Part shown: in pieces, positions 29,400 to 40,285 of the stretch
How positions within the stretch are numbered: the first letter of the stretch is position 1
Layout of the letters: each line of letters begins with the position of its first letter
From: an uncultured Acidobacteriaceae bacterium
GTDB lineage: Bacteria > Acidobacteriota > Terriglobia > Bryobacterales > Bryobacteraceae
Length of the DNA: 64,000 nucleotides
Reading direction: 5' to 3'
Assembly: GCA_963722935.1 (NCBI GenBank)
Contig: CAVROY010000004.1
Coordinates: 1,147,495 to 1,211,494, forward strand
Made by a program: the position numbers and the translations under genes
The notes under the pieces: model-generated
The model's input: the letters and a program-made list of their open reading frames with translations, nothing else
Told to the model about the DNA's origin: nothing
Databases searched by the model: none

Positions 29400-31595
29400 T
29401 CATTGGCTGGATGAGCGACAGGCCACAGGATCGGAGATCGCGGTCCACTGACCCCATCCGACCCCTTGATCGTTTGCGACAACCCGAACGTGTTTGACCG
29501 AAGGCGGGAACGCGAAGCGCCAGAATTCCCATAGCAATTGCCCTTCCTGCATAGGAGCGCGTCCGACGATTTGGTTGTTGTCTGCATCCATTAACTCGAC
29601 GGATTGTCCGCCAATGTAAGGTCCCGGAAAGACCGGCAGAATCAGGCAGCCATTCGAGGGAGTTGCGAACGTATTCGAAACGAGCTGGCCTGTATGGAGA
29701 CTGGACCCGCTCCAACTGCTGTACACATTGCCCGGAGGATTGACTCCAAACGTGGTGAGGGGCGGAATTCCGTTTAACGTCCAGGTCGCGCTGGTCTGCC
29801 AGTGAATGCCGGGGAGGACCGGTCCAAGCTCATTTGGACTAACAGACGAAACCTGCGGGGCTGAAAACGAGCCCGGAATCGGGATGAGACTCGAATTGTC
29901 GATGACGTAGGCGGAATAGACGAGTCCCGTGTATTGAAAGTTCACAAACCCGACCCAACCGAGCGAGTAAGCGACGTTGGACGAGCGCAAGTGCTGAGGG
30001 AACCCTGCAGGCAACTTCCGCGCGAAGCCAACGATTCGATCCTTCTCATTCGTCAGCAAAAGCCATTGCGGAGGATGGCTCCGATCGGATTGATCGACCC
30101 ACCCGACGACCTCGAGACCGGACTGGAGCGGGAAAACGTATGAGACCTGGCCGGCCGCAGGCTCGCGCACCTTGCGGCCGAACCGTGTGGCCGGTTGTCC
30201 TAGCCATTTTCTGCGATCGTCGGCAAACACCGATAGGTGATTTTCACGAAGGTAAGAGATCAGTGGGAAGAGGAACTCGGCCTGGGGGAAGGTCTTGCGC
30301 AGCAGAAGCCGTTCCAGGAGGCCATCTTCCACGCTGAGGGCGGATAACTGCTCGCTCGCATACCGGTCGCCGACTCTCTGGAACCACCATTTCAATTTGG
30401 GAGCCGCAAGGCCGAACAGCAACAGGCAGAAGAGAATGATCGCGACCGGTGGCGCAATCCTCCAGTTGCGTCGCGCGGAGATCCAGACGGTTATCAATAT
30501 TAGAACTGCCCAGGTCACCAGAGGAAAGATGCAATAGCGAGGCGCCTTCGCATCCGCAAACGAGGGATCGTTGGGCGCCATTCGACCGGCGGCGGTGAGG
30601 ACTACGCTCATTAGAGCGAACACATACCAACCAAACAGCACGATCCCTACGGGACTGAGGAGCAGGCGATCCCGTTTCGCGACAACCGCCAGAACGATTG
30701 CGATGGCGAGACTGGACACGCCAACATAAGCACCGAAGTTGAGGCTCTTTATGTCGCCGAACGGCATGCTGAGATAGGAGCCGATAAAGCCCAGTGCGTA
30801 GAACGGGTGTAAGAAGAAATTAGCGAGATTCAATCGGTTCGGGGATCGATAACCGACAAAGAACAATCCTCCAAAGACGAGACCGGACGCGACGATGAAA
30901 AAGATCTGCTGCCGCTTCAGCCGGAGAAGCAAACCAGCAGCAAGCAACAGCGGCCACAGCAGCAAGCCGTTTGCGGAGGAATAGGTGGCGACGGCGGAAG
31001 CGAGAATGGCTCCAGCCAAATAGATATTCCGCGAGGTAATTGCAAGCCGCGCCAGAGAGGCGAAAGCAAGCACGGCGCTTAACTCGAGAAACGTCCACTG
31101 GAGTTGAAATGCAGTGGCAAGCGCCGCAGCCGACGCCTTAAAACCGATGACGATGCCTGCCAGCAACACCGCCATCCAGCGCAGGTCGAGAGCGATCATG
31201 CTCTCCGAAAGAAACGTCCGGGCGAGTACCACCCAAACGCCGAAATAGCAGAGAAAGCTGACGGTGAGCGGTAAAATCTGGCGCCCGCGGAAGAACAAAA
31301 TGTCCAGCACAAAGACGACTTCCTGGCAGATAATCCGATGCTCATTGTGCTGACCGAGAAATACGCGGAGCCCGGACGTTTTCGATAAAACCATGTCGGA
31401 CTGAACGCGCCAGTAATCCCAAGCTGGAAGCGGCGAGTAAAAGTGTAGAACGGCTTCAACCGTCTGGGCCCAATTCCAAACGAACCAGGCAGCCAGCAAC
31501 AGGATCAGGGCCGGTATAGAGCGCGACCAAGCGATCTTCGGGAGCACCTTGTGCAAGAGTACTGGATGGCACCTGTAAAATCGTCTTTTGTGCAA
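29400..31595 (-). CDS. large polytopic membrane protein with a C-terminal extracytoplasmic beta-rich domain (possible GT-C-type glycosyltransferase)
   Basis: The N-terminal ~470 aa of very hydrophobic sequence suggest at least 10 predicted TM helices, followed by a soluble Trp/Gly/Ser-rich region of about 250 aa. No family motif is recognised with certainty. The start is uncertain: TTG at 31595 or GTG at 31547. The gene is divergent from the SDR-SDR-GT2 operon. Confidence 0.45.
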   Translation of the reverse strand: MHKRRFYRCHPVLLHKVLPKIAWSRSIPALILLLAAWFVWNWAQTVEAVLHFYSPLPAWDYWRVQSDMVLSKTSGLRVFLGQHNEHRIICQEVVFVLDILFFRGRQILPLTVSFLCYFGVWVVLARTFLSESMIALDLRWMAVLLAGIVIGFKASAAALATAFQLQWTFLELSAVLAFASLARLAITSRNIYLAGAILASAVATYSSANGLLLWPLLLAAGLLLRLKRQQIFFIVASGLVFGGLFFVGYRSPNRLNLANFFLHPFYALGFIGSYLSMPFGDIKSLNFGAYVGVSSLAIAIVLAVVAKRDRLLLSPVGIVLFGWYVFALMSVVLTAAGRMAPNDPSFADAKAPRYCIFPLVTWAVLILITVWISARRNWRIAPPVAIILFCLLLFGLAAPKLKWWFQRVGDRYASEQLSALSVEDGLLERLLLRKTFPQAEFLFPLISYLRENHLSVFADDRRKWLGQPATRFGRKVREPAAGQVSYVFPLQSGLEVVGWVDQSDRSHPPQWLLLTNEKDRIVGFARKLPAGFPQHLRSSNVAYSLGWVGFVNFQYTGLVYSAYVIDNSSLIPIPGSFSAPQVSSVSPNELGPVLPGIHWQTSATWTLNGIPPLTTFGVNPPGNVYSSWSGSSLHTGQLVSNTFATPSNGCLILPVFPGPYIGGQSVELMDADNNQIVGRAPMQEGQLLWEFWRFAFPPSVKHVRVVANDQGVGWGQWTAISDPVACRSSSQ

Positions 31596-32672
31596 AGAAA
31601 AGCGCTAGTAACCGGTTCGTGCGGACTTATCGGATCCGAAGTCTGCCTACATTTAGCGCGCCATGGGTTCCGAGTATTCGGAATCGATAACAACCAGCGC
31701 GCCGTATTTTTTGGACCTGAAGGCGATACGAGCTGGTCACTCGAGAGACTTCGAACGGAGATTGACGGCTATACGCATTTCGATCTCGATATCCGCGATC
31801 GGGCGGGCGTTCTACGGATGGTAAAGGAAGTTACGCCCGATGCCGTGATTCACACGGCGGCGCAGCCTTCGCATGACCGGGCGGCGGCCATTCCTTTCGA
31901 CGATTTCGATACGAACGCGGGCGGTACGTTAAATCTTCTGGAGGCAGCGCGCCGTGCGTGTCCCGAATCGCCGTTTGTACACATGTTGACGAACAAAGTG
32001 TATGGGGACCTGCCGAATTCCATTGCACTCGAAGAGCTGGAGACGCGATGGGAGTATGCGGATCCACAGTACGCTGAGGGCATTCCCGAGACGTTTTCGA
32101 TCGATCAATCCAAGCACTCCTTATTTGGCGCATCGAAGGTTGCCTCCGACGTGATGGTACAGGAATACGGCCGGTATTTCGGAATGCCGACGTGCTGTCT
32201 GCGTGGGGGATGTCTCACGGGACCGAATCATTCAGGCGTGGAACTGCACGGCTTTCTCAGTTATCTGGTGCGATGCAACATCGAAGAACGCGAATATAAG
32301 GTTTTTGGCTACAAAGGAAAACAAGTTCGAGACAATATCCATTCGGAAGACGTCGCAAATTTCATTTTGGACTTTTGCGAAGCGCCACGTTGCGGGGACG
32401 TGTACAACATCGGAGGCGGCAAGCCGAATTCCTGCTCGATTCTGGAAGCCTTTCGAATGGTAGAGGAGCTGACGGGAAAGCCGCAGCGGTACAGCTATAT
32501 CGAGCAGAACCGGGTGGGAGATCACATCTGCTATTACAGCGATCTTCGAAAGATGAAAGCGCATTATCCGCGTTGGGACATCACGCGCACGCTCCAGGAC
32601 GTGTTTGAAGAGATTGTCGAATCCTGGCGCGTGCGCCTGAGCGCGCGACCGGCGATGAGCGCCGACGGATGA
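31566..32672 (+). CDS. extended-SDR NAD-dependent epimerase/dehydratase (CDP-paratose 2-epimerase-like), atypical active site
   Basis: The Rossmann motif is [19 protein letters not shown] and [14 protein letters not shown] resemble the family. The YxxxK position reads FGASK, with the Phe codon ttt at 32124-32126. Possible starts are GTG 31551, ATG 31566 and GTG 31590. Confidence 0.7.
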   Translation: MAPVKSSFVQRKALVTGSCGLIGSEVCLHLARHGFRVFGIDNNQRAVFFGPEGDTSWSLERLRTEIDGYTHFDLDIRDRAGVLRMVKEVTPDAVIHTAAQPSHDRAAAIPFDDFDTNAGGTLNLLEAARRACPESPFVHMLTNKVYGDLPNSIALEELETRWEYADPQYAEGIPETFSIDQSKHSLFGASKVASDVMVQEYGRYFGMPTCCLRGGCLTGPNHSGVELHGFLSYLVRCNIEEREYKVFGYKGKQVRDNIHSEDVANFILDFCEAPRCGDVYNIGGGKPNSCSILEAFRMVEELTGKPQRYSYIEQNRVGDHICYYSDLRKMKAHYPRWDITRTLQDVFEEIVESWRVRLSARPAMSADG

Positions 32673-33736
32673 AAATCCTCATCACCGGAATTTGCGGATT
32701 CGTCGGAAGCCGCCTGGCGATTGCTCTTCAAGAGCGCATGGAAGGGGCGGAGATCGCGGGAATCGATAATCTGTTGCGGCCCGGCTCGGAGGGAAACCGG
32801 AGCGAGTTGCGGTCGAGAGGGATTCAATTCGTGCATGGCGACTTGCGGCTGCGCAGCGATGTGGAGGCATTGCCGGCGTGCGCGTGGGTGATCGATGCGG
32901 CTGCGAACCCCAGCGTTCTGGCAGGCGTGGATGGGCGATCGAGTCCGCGGCAGTTGAGCGAGCACAATCTTTCCGGAACACTGAATATTCTGGAATATTG
33001 CCGTGAGCGACACGCCGGGCTCGTGCTACTGAGCACGAATCGCGTTTACTCCATCAAAGATCTCGCGGCGATTCCGATGCGGATCGAGGATCGGCGCTTC
33101 GCCCCCGACGTCACGCAAACCTTACCGTCAGGCGTGAGCGAAGCCGGAATTGCCGAGAACTTCTCCACGCGCCAGCCGATATCGCTGTACGGAGCAACGA
33201 AGCTCGCGTCCGAGGTTATGGCGATCGAATACGGGCAGAGCTTTGGATTTGCGGTTTGGATCGACCGTTGCGGAGTACTCGCGGGGGCAGGCCAGTTTGG
33301 CACGGCGGAACAAGGGATCTTTTCGTATTGGCTGCATGCGCATGCGGCCCGTGCGCCCCTTCGCTATATCGGCTACGGAGGCCACGGATATCAAGTGCGG
33401 GACGCGCTGCACCCGAGCGACCTGGCAGATCTCGTTTATAAACAGATACGCCGCGATCCTCCATCGGACGCGATTTTTCATGCCGGGGGAGGCGCGGAAA
33501 ATGCTCTGTCGCTGGCTGAGTTGACCGCCTGGTGCGATGCGCGATTTGGCGAATACGCGCCACAGCCCGATGTGAAACCGCGACCGTTCGATGTTCCCTG
33601 GCTGGTGATGGATTGTTCGCGCGCGCACGAAGAGCTTGGATGGCGGCCCACCCGATCTGCCGACGCGATTCTCGATGAGATCGCCGCGCACGTTGATGCA
33701 CATCCGGATTGGCTAGAGCACAGCGGAGCGGTATGA
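32669..33736 (+). CDS. extended-SDR NAD-dependent epimerase/dehydratase (CDP-paratose 2-epimerase-like)
   Basis: [17 protein letters not shown] and a canonical YGATK are present. [14 protein letters not shown] is paralogous to the preceding gene. The start overlaps the upstream stop (ATGA at 32669-32672). Confidence 0.8.
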   Translation: MKILITGICGFVGSRLAIALQERMEGAEIAGIDNLLRPGSEGNRSELRSRGIQFVHGDLRLRSDVEALPACAWVIDAAANPSVLAGVDGRSSPRQLSEHNLSGTLNILEYCRERHAGLVLLSTNRVYSIKDLAAIPMRIEDRRFAPDVTQTLPSGVSEAGIAENFSTRQPISLYGATKLASEVMAIEYGQSFGFAVWIDRCGVLAGAGQFGTAEQGIFSYWLHAHAARAPLRYIGYGGHGYQVRDALHPSDLADLVYKQIRRDPPSDAIFHAGGGAENALSLAELTAWCDARFGEYAPQPDVKPRPFDVPWLVMDCSRAHEELGWRPTRSADAILDEIAAHVDAHPDWLEHSGAV

Positions 33737-34503
33737 AGTCCCCGCCACCAGACGCGGACAACAGCCCGTTGCATCTGCTCAGCATCGTGATTCCAGCTCG
33801 TGACGAAGAGGGTTGCATCGCGGCTACAGTGGAGCATCTTTTCGTCGAATTGCGTTTGCAGGAAATTCCGCACGAAATTGTGGTGGTGGACGACGGAAGC
33901 ACGGATTCGACGTGGCGCAAGCTCGAGGACCTGAGGGAGCGCGTTCCTACGCTCCGGCCGGTCAAGAACGAGGGGCTGCATGGGTTCGGACGAGCCATTA
34001 TTTGCGGGCTTAATCGCATGAATGGCGATGCAGTCGTGGTGATGATGGCTGACGAATCCGACGATTGCCGCGATGTGGTGCGTTACTGGCAGCTATTGAA
34101 TGAGGGCTGGGACGCGGTGTTCGGCTCGCGTTTTATCAAAGGCGGAGGCGTGATCGACTATCCGTGGCTAAAGCTCAAGGTGAACAGGCTCGCTAACCTT
34201 TTCATCCGCCTCATGTTCGGCATCAAGCTGAATGACACGACGAACGCGTTCAAAGCTTATAGAAGGACGGTGATTGAAGGATGCCGGCCGCTTCTTGCGC
34301 CGCACTTCAACCTCACGGTCGAACTGCCGCTCAAAACCATCGTCCGGAAGTATAGCTGGACGGTCATCCCGATCACCTGGCGCAACCGCCGGGCCGGCAC
34401 ACCCAAATTGAAGATCAAAGAAATGGGCAGCCGTTATCTTTTCATCTGCCTCTACGTTTGGCTCGAAAAGTATTTCAGCGCCGGCGATTATCGCAAGACG
34501 TGA
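33733..34503 (+). CDS. GT2-family glycosyltransferase (polyprenyl-phosphate sugar synthase-like, DPM1/ArnC type)
   Basis: LSIVIPARDEEG, VVVDDGSTDST and VVVMMADESDD are the GT-A DxD region. The size is short (about 256 aa). An ATGA overlap with the upstream gene lies at 33733-33736. Confidence 0.75.
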   Translation: MKSPPPDADNSPLHLLSIVIPARDEEGCIAATVEHLFVELRLQEIPHEIVVVDDGSTDSTWRKLEDLRERVPTLRPVKNEGLHGFGRAIICGLNRMNGDAVVVMMADESDDCRDVVRYWQLLNEGWDAVFGSRFIKGGGVIDYPWLKLKVNRLANLFIRLMFGIKLNDTTNAFKAYRRTVIEGCRPLLAPHFNLTVELPLKTIVRKYSWTVIPITWRNRRAGTPKLKIKEMGSRYLFICLYVWLEKYFSAGDYRKT

Positions 34504-34520
34504 CAATGCTGCGCGATTCG

Positions 34521-36134
34521 TCAGTTGTGCTGGTTACTTGCAACGAGCGTATTGCCCCGCATGGCTTTGATAGCCGCCTGAACCTGTGGATCGGACTGCG
34601 CCTGAATTTCGTCTCCTTTATCCACGCCACGCGCCTGCGTGACGATTTCCTCCTTTAACCGCCTTGTGATCCAGACGCGATCCTGGCTCCATTCCCCCAC
34701 CGTTGGCTGGATATCGCGGGCGGCGAGAAACACTTTGAACTCGTCGAGAATGTCGGGAGTAATTTGAAACAGGTCCGGAATCCCGGGGTGTCCGGAAAGA
34801 TATTGGGTCGCGAAGGAAGTAACGGCCCCGCTGGCGTCCAGCACGGTTTCCAGCCGGCTCAGGGCAGGTGGGTAGACGCGGATATCAGGTTGTATTCCGC
34901 CGCCGCCGGTCACAATGCGTCCACTGTCGGTCTTATAAACCGGGCGCTCTTCTGTTGAATTGCTGAAGGTTTCCGAAAGAGCGGAATTGCGCAGGGGGCG
35001 TTGAATGGAGCGTCCGCTTGGAGTGTAATAGAACGCCGTGGTGATGGCTAGTCCGGCTCCGTCCGACAGCGGCATGACGCTCTGAACTAATCCCTTTCCA
35101 TAGCTCGGCTCCCCGACAATAACCGCTCGATCATGATCCTGGAGAGCACCTGAGAGGATTTCCGAAGCGCTCGCGGTTTTGTCGTTGATCAGCACCGCGA
35201 GCTTGAACTGAAAAGGTTTGGCGTTCTTAGGAACACCGGCCGTCTCACTCTGGGTGGAGCGGCCCTTCGTGGTAAGAATCAACTGGCCAGGTTGCAAGAA
35301 CATCGCGGCCACGTCGAGAGCGGCTTTGACGACACCCCCAGGGTTATTACGAAGGTCCAGAACAAGACCGGACATCTGAGCGGCGCCGAGCTTTTCGACG
35401 GCATCGTGTAATTGCTTCGCTGTTTGCAAATCCCAACTGGCCACCCGAATGTATCCGAATCCGGGCTCCAGAAAGAATGCGCGATCGACACTGGGCGAAT
35501 CGACGAGCTCAGGCGTGAGGGTAAATTGCAGAACCCGCGGAGCACCCTGCCTGCGAATATAAGCGACAATCTTTTGTTGCCGGGCCTCGGTCAGCAGCTC
35601 GATAATTTGTTCGCGCTCGAGCGACCGAATCGCAACGTTATTGACGGCGATCAGCTCGTCGCCGGCCTGGATGCCCGCCTTATTCGATGGAGTTCCCGGA
35701 AGGGTCTGCAAAAAGATCACTTGGCCGGGCAGCACTGAAACGATGCTGCCGAAGCCCTTCTGCTCCGACTGTTCCATCTGCCGGAGCTGTTCGAACTGCC
35801 CCGGATCGAAAAACTGCGTGTGCGGATCCAATTGCCGCAACATCGAAGGAATCGCACCGGTGTAGATCAGCTTGTCGGCCTGCTGCGGGTCTGCAGCTTC
35901 GGCGTTCACGACGGAAAAGATTTTGATGAATTCGTCCAGAAGCGGAACGAGATCCTTGGCAGGATCGGGCGCAGAAACCGCGGATGGAGGAATCGCCGCG
36001 GCGGGAGCGGCGCTATTGGCGGGCGGGAGGATCGGCTGGGAGCCACCCTGGGGCGGCGGAGTTTGCGCTGCCATCGCGCAAGCGAGCGCAACCGAGCAGA
36101 AGAGGGAGCGCGGGGTGAGTCTCAAATGGAGCAA
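34521..36134 (-). CDS. S41-family C-terminal processing peptidase (PDZ-containing)
   Basis: It has a signal peptide and a PDZ segment (GTPSNKAGIQAGDELIAVNN). The catalytic region contains DKTASASEILSGAL (Ser) and YGKGLVQ (Lys). Confidence 0.85.
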   Translation of the reverse strand: MLHLRLTPRSLFCSVALACAMAAQTPPPQGGSQPILPPANSAAPAAAIPPSAVSAPDPAKDLVPLLDEFIKIFSVVNAEAADPQQADKLIYTGAIPSMLRQLDPHTQFFDPGQFEQLRQMEQSEQKGFGSIVSVLPGQVIFLQTLPGTPSNKAGIQAGDELIAVNNVAIRSLEREQIIELLTEARQQKIVAYIRRQGAPRVLQFTLTPELVDSPSVDRAFFLEPGFGYIRVASWDLQTAKQLHDAVEKLGAAQMSGLVLDLRNNPGGVVKAALDVAAMFLQPGQLILTTKGRSTQSETAGVPKNAKPFQFKLAVLINDKTASASEILSGALQDHDRAVIVGEPSYGKGLVQSVMPLSDGAGLAITTAFYYTPSGRSIQRPLRNSALSETFSNSTEERPVYKTDSGRIVTGGGGIQPDIRVYPPALSRLETVLDASGAVTSFATQYLSGHPGIPDLFQITPDILDEFKVFLAARDIQPTVGEWSQDRVWITRRLKEEIVTQARGVDKGDEIQAQSDPQVQAAIKAMRGNTLVASNQHN

Positions 36135-36221
36135 CTTCCATTTTCACCTGCCCGGCACAAAACGAAAGGCCACCGCGACGGATTGCCGTCCCGATGGCCT
36201 CGCGTAATAGTTGAGATGCGG

Positions 36222-36899
36222 CTACTTTCGGGAGGATGCCCTGTCGAGCGTGTGAACAAACTGCCGCGCTTCCGCCGGCGTCCTCAGGTGCGAATCGTTG
36301 AGGATATCTTTGTTACTGATCTCGGAGCCATAGAGTTCGCGGTTGGTATCTTTATCTGCGGTGACCGCGGCGCCACTAAGATCCAAACCACCAAAGATGC
36401 CGCGGCTGCGAGAGTACGTCAGAATTTCGGCATGCATCATCGCATCAGTCATCGCGGAAGCGTCTCGTCCCACAGGTCCAGCGGCCGCAGAAGCTTCCCC
36501 GCCAACCTGAAACTTATCGCTCAGCAGGTGCTCCATACCAGTCTGATTCATGACAAGCATGATCACATCGGTTTCGGCCGCACCGATCAGGAGACCGAAT
36601 TTACCGCCGGAAATTCTGACCGCTCCAGGAGCGCTCCAGCCTACGCCACTCGGTCTACGGCATGTGAAAAAACCCTTGCCGTATTCGGCGCCAATGATAA
36701 AGCCACCCTTTTTCAGATTCGGTATGACGACGACGCAAGTTGCTTTATTAAGCAGATCCTGTGGGATTCCTTTGTCTCCCGCGTTCATCATCGCTTCCAA
36801 TGTCTCTGTAGCTGCTCTTAGCCGTTGAGATGTGTCTTTTTGTGCAAAGGCCGGAACGGCAACCAGGGCAGCAGCCAACATGCCCACAAGAATCTTCAT
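36222..36899 (-). CDS. SYLF (Ysc84/DUF500) lipid-binding domain protein, secreted
   Basis: It has a signal peptide (MKILVGMLAAALVAVPAFA). Motifs are GGFIIGAEYGKGF, GGKFGLLIG and YSRSRGIFGGLDLSGAAV. A GGAGGA Shine-Dalgarno sequence lies about 8 nt upstream of the ATG. Confidence 0.75.
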   Translation of the reverse strand: MKILVGMLAAALVAVPAFAQKDTSQRLRAATETLEAMMNAGDKGIPQDLLNKATCVVVIPNLKKGGFIIGAEYGKGFFTCRRPSGVGWSAPGAVRISGGKFGLLIGAAETDVIMLVMNQTGMEHLLSDKFQVGGEASAAAGPVGRDASAMTDAMMHAEILTYSRSRGIFGGLDLSGAAVTADKDTNRELYGSEISNKDILNDSHLRTPAEARQFVHTLDRASSRK

Positions 36900-37076
36900 G
36901 AATTACTCCTCCAACTTACTGAATTGGTCTCCAACTTGAGTTCGCTCTCCAGTACTAGAGACGTAGGTTGCACCCAAGATTAAACATGCAGATTTGGTTC
37001 TAACCTGCAGCCGGGACGTGAAATTCTCTTCACGAAAGAAGAAGGTTCCGAACCAACCGGCGGCAGAAATGGCGAA

Positions 37077-38453
37077 CTACTGCGCGCCCTCTTCAAAAAT
37101 GCGCTTCGCCGTTTCTTTGGCCAGCCGCAGGCAATCGGGTATGCCCACACCATCATATGCATTTCCGGCCAAGTGCAGCCCGGGATGTCCCTTCAGCAGG
37201 TCCGCAATTGTGGCCAAACGGTGCCGATGTCCAACGACGTACTGAGGCATTGACGAAGGCCAAGCATGGACCTTCGCGTGAAGTGGCGGCGCTTCGATGT
37301 GCATCAGCCGCCGAAGATCCGCTTGAGCGTGTGCGAGCACATCTTCGTGGGCGACGTGCATTAGATTGGACGCTTCGGGATCTACGATAAACGCCCGAAT
37401 CGCGAAGAGATGAGAGGGAATTCTGGATGGAAATTTGGTGGAAACCCAAGTGGCGGCCGCGATGGTCTTTCGCTCCGCGCGGGGCACGAGGAAACCGAAG
37501 CCGTCCAGCGGAGGGGCGATTTCGGCGCGGCTGTAAATGAACGTAGTCAGAATCGTAGAGGAATATGGAATGGCGGCCAGTTCGGAGGCGAGCGGCTGCG
37601 CAAAGCTCTGAAGTATTTCCGCGGCGGCATGTGCGGGGCAGGCGAGGACCAGGTGCGCGGCATCCAAATGGCCGTCGGCCGTGAGCACCCGCCATCCGGT
37701 TGCTCGTTTTTCAACTCCGAGGGCGCGAGTGTACGAGACTTTGGTGCTGGAAGTAATCGCTTTACCAAGCGAATCGGTCAGCATCTGCATGCCTTCTGCA
37801 AAAGAGAGGAACAGGCTGGCTCGCGACTGCGAATGCCGCTCCCGTCTCACGCCGCGAATCAGGCTGCCGTAGCGCTGTTCGAACGCGACAAAACGCGGCA
37901 GAACGCTTTGGGCGCTGAGGCTCGAGGAATCACCGCCATAAACCCCCGCCAGCAGAGGATCGGCGAGATAGTCCAGCACTTCCTGGCCGAAGTGGTCGCG
38001 GACGAGTTCCGCTACGGAGATGTCGCCGGATCGGGCGCGTGGCGGCGTGAACGGCTCCTGCAGAAAGCGCAGCTTTGTTTTCGCGCTGAAGAGATTCGAT
38101 CGCAAAATCGGCAGCCACTCTCCGGGGGCGATCATGATCATGCCCTTTGGCAGGGCGATTAATTTTTCACCGCGGGCCACGAATATTCGGCGCTGGCGGT
38201 CATTCGAACCAATGATCTGACCCTTGAGGCCGTTGATTTCTTCGGTGAGCTCGGTGACCTCCGGCTTTGCGGCCAGATAGCTGTCCGGTCCGGCTTCCAA
38301 GCGGCAGCCTTCCACGAGCTCCGTCCGAATAAGTCCGCCAAGCCGATTTGATTTCTCGAGAATGGTCGACCGGATTCCGTGCTTCGAGAGGAAGTACGCC
38401 GTACTCAGGCCCGAAACACCGCCGCCGATAATGACTACGGAAGCGGGGGCCAC
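37077..38453 (-). CDS. hemY: protoporphyrinogen/coproporphyrinogen III oxidase, HemY (FAD amine-oxidase) family
   Basis: VVIIGGGVSGLSTAYFL...LEKSNRLGGLIRT is the dinucleotide fold. The C-terminus reads LHLAGNAYDGVGIPDC. The gene is 2 nt downstream of hemE. Confidence 0.8.
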   Translation of the reverse strand: MAPASVVIIGGGVSGLSTAYFLSKHGIRSTILEKSNRLGGLIRTELVEGCRLEAGPDSYLAAKPEVTELTEEINGLKGQIIGSNDRQRRIFVARGEKLIALPKGMIMIAPGEWLPILRSNLFSAKTKLRFLQEPFTPPRARSGDISVAELVRDHFGQEVLDYLADPLLAGVYGGDSSSLSAQSVLPRFVAFEQRYGSLIRGVRRERHSQSRASLFLSFAEGMQMLTDSLGKAITSSTKVSYTRALGVEKRATGWRVLTADGHLDAAHLVLACPAHAAAEILQSFAQPLASELAAIPYSSTILTTFIYSRAEIAPPLDGFGFLVPRAERKTIAAATWVSTKFPSRIPSHLFAIRAFIVDPEASNLMHVAHEDVLAHAQADLRRLMHIEAPPLHAKVHAWPSSMPQYVVGHRHRLATIADLLKGHPGLHLAGNAYDGVGIPDCLRLAKETAKRIFEEGAQ

Positions 38454-38455
38454 CG

Positions 38456-39493
38456 TTAACGACGGAATTCGCGGACGATCTGAACGACCGCTTTCACGTT
38501 TTCGACCGGCGTGTCGGGCAGAATTCCGTGTCCCAGATTGACAATGTGACCCGGACGCGTCCCTGTGCGGCGGAGAAGATCCGTCACTTTCGTGCGAAGC
38601 TCAGGCAGCGGTGCGAACAAGGCGGCAGGGTCCAGATTTCCTTGAATGGCGGAACGGTAGCCAATATCCATCCATGCCTGATCTATATTGATACGCCAAT
38701 CCACGCCAAGGACGTCACCACCGGCGGCATGGAGCTCACGAAAAAAACCGGCCGCCCCAGTACCGAAATGGATGACAGGAACGCTCAAAGCGCGACTACG
38801 TTCGATCAAGGCGCGGGAATACGGCTGAACGAAGCGCACGTAATCTTCGGGACTTAATGCCCCCACCCAGCTATCAAAGATTTGGAGTGCGCGCGCCCCT
38901 GCAGTAACTTGCAATTTGGCAAAATCGCCCAAAACATCCACCAGCTTCCCCATCAGCCGGCGCCACATGGTTTCATCGCCAAACATCAGCTTCTTGGTCT
39001 TCAGGAAGGTTTTGGACGGACCTCCCTCGATCATATAGCTCGCCAGTGTAAAAGGAGCGCCGACAAATCCTATGATGGGAACCCGGCCGGCCAGCGCGCG
39101 GGAGACGTGCTTGATTGCCTCGCCAACGTAGCCTAGATCGTCCGTTCGCGTAGTGGACAGGGCGTCTATATCTTCGGGCGCCGCAATGGGATTTTGGATG
39201 GAAGGACCTTCGCCAGTGATGAACTCCAGTTTGAGGCCCATCGGTTCTACGGGCAGCAGAAGGTCGGCGAAAATGATAGCGGCATCTACATCGAGAATTT
39301 CGACCGGCTGTATTGTTACCGCAGCGGCGAGCTCCGGTTTCTTGCAGATGTCAAGAATGCCATGTTTGGCTCGAATGTCTCGATAGGATTTCAAATAGCG
39401 GCCGGCCTGGCGCATGAACCATACAGGCCGGACGTCGTTTGGACGGCGCCGGCATTCATCGAGGAAACGGCCTGCTACGGGAGCCAAACGCAT
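38456..39493 (-). CDS. hemE: uroporphyrinogen decarboxylase
   Basis: RPVWFMRQAGRYL is the signature motif. DAAIIFADLLLP and VNLGHGILPDTP are also present. Confidence 0.9.
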   Translation of the reverse strand: MRLAPVAGRFLDECRRRPNDVRPVWFMRQAGRYLKSYRDIRAKHGILDICKKPELAAAVTIQPVEILDVDAAIIFADLLLPVEPMGLKLEFITGEGPSIQNPIAAPEDIDALSTTRTDDLGYVGEAIKHVSRALAGRVPIIGFVGAPFTLASYMIEGGPSKTFLKTKKLMFGDETMWRRLMGKLVDVLGDFAKLQVTAGARALQIFDSWVGALSPEDYVRFVQPYSRALIERSRALSVPVIHFGTGAAGFFRELHAAGGDVLGVDWRINIDQAWMDIGYRSAIQGNLDPAALFAPLPELRTKVTDLLRRTGTRPGHIVNLGHGILPDTPVENVKAVVQIVREFRR

Positions 39494-39527
39494 GAACCCC
39501 GGGGTTTCTCTTCACTCATGCTTTGCC

Positions 39528-39911
39528 TTAGAGTTTAGCTTGGGAGTCTTCCTCACGCGGCCGGCCGCGCCGGATTCGTTTCAGCAGATGATCCATTTTG
39601 CGGCCCGAATCCGCGCTCACATCCGCTTCAAAGTGCAGCTCCGGAATGCGGTAAAGATTTAGGCGCTCCGTGAGCTGGTGGCGTAGGAAACGCCTAGCGC
39701 CTTCCAGAGCCTGTATAGTGTCCTGCTGTTCCGCCAAAGTGGCCCCCAGATGCAGACGTACTTGCGCGTGCCGCATATCGGGAGACACCAGCACCTCAGT
39801 TACGGTGGCATCGCCGATGCGCGGATCGGAAAGCTCATAGGCGATTAACTCGCCAAGCTCCTCGCGCAACAGTTCTGAAACCCGCTCAAGCCGGTGGGCA
39901 GCCATCCTCAA
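39528..39911 (-). CDS. rbfA: ribosome-binding factor A
   Basis: RLERVSELLREELGELI...DPRIG.ATVTEVLVSPDMRHAQV is an RbfA KH-like pattern. The position downstream of infB also fits. Confidence 0.85.
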   Translation of the reverse strand: MRMAAHRLERVSELLREELGELIAYELSDPRIGDATVTEVLVSPDMRHAQVRLHLGATLAEQQDTIQALEGARRFLRHQLTERLNLYRIPELHFEADVSADSGRKMDHLLKRIRRGRPREEDSQAKL

Positions 39912-39981
39912 CCCTCCATTCTGAGTTTAGAAGGCCCGTCGCCGGACGGACGCAAAGACGCGTAGATCATATCCATTTCGG

Positions 39982-40266
39982 TCAGATCCATTCGACCGCC
40001 GTTCCGGCCAGGGCGCCGCCTAAAACACCGGCAGCGTGCGCTTCCACGGCTTGCAGGATTTTTTCGGCGTGAACCCGGTCATTCGAGATGGCGACTGCCG
40101 CGACGACCGAATTCTGCCAGGAATCGAGACCGTCAATCTCAGCCACCGAGACGTTGAACCGCTCCCGCAGCCGGTCCTTGAGGCTCTTGATGACGTGACG
40201 CTTCTCTTTTAGAGAATGCGAATACTCGACGTGAATCTCAAGCGTCAGGACGCCGATAGCAGGCAC
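39982..40266 (-). CDS. DUF503 domain-containing protein (YlxP-like)
   Basis: A GTG start at 40266 gives MPAIGVLTLEIHVEYSHSLKEKRHVIKSLKDRLRERFNVSVAEID, the classic DUF503 start. It occupies the conserved slot between infB and rbfA. The longer ORF-track version overlaps infB. Confidence 0.8.
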   Translation of the reverse strand: MPAIGVLTLEIHVEYSHSLKEKRHVIKSLKDRLRERFNVSVAEIDGLDSWQNSVVAAVAISNDRVHAEKILQAVEAHAAGVLGGALAGTAVEWI

Positions 40267-40285
40267 AATCCGGATGTTCGCCGGC

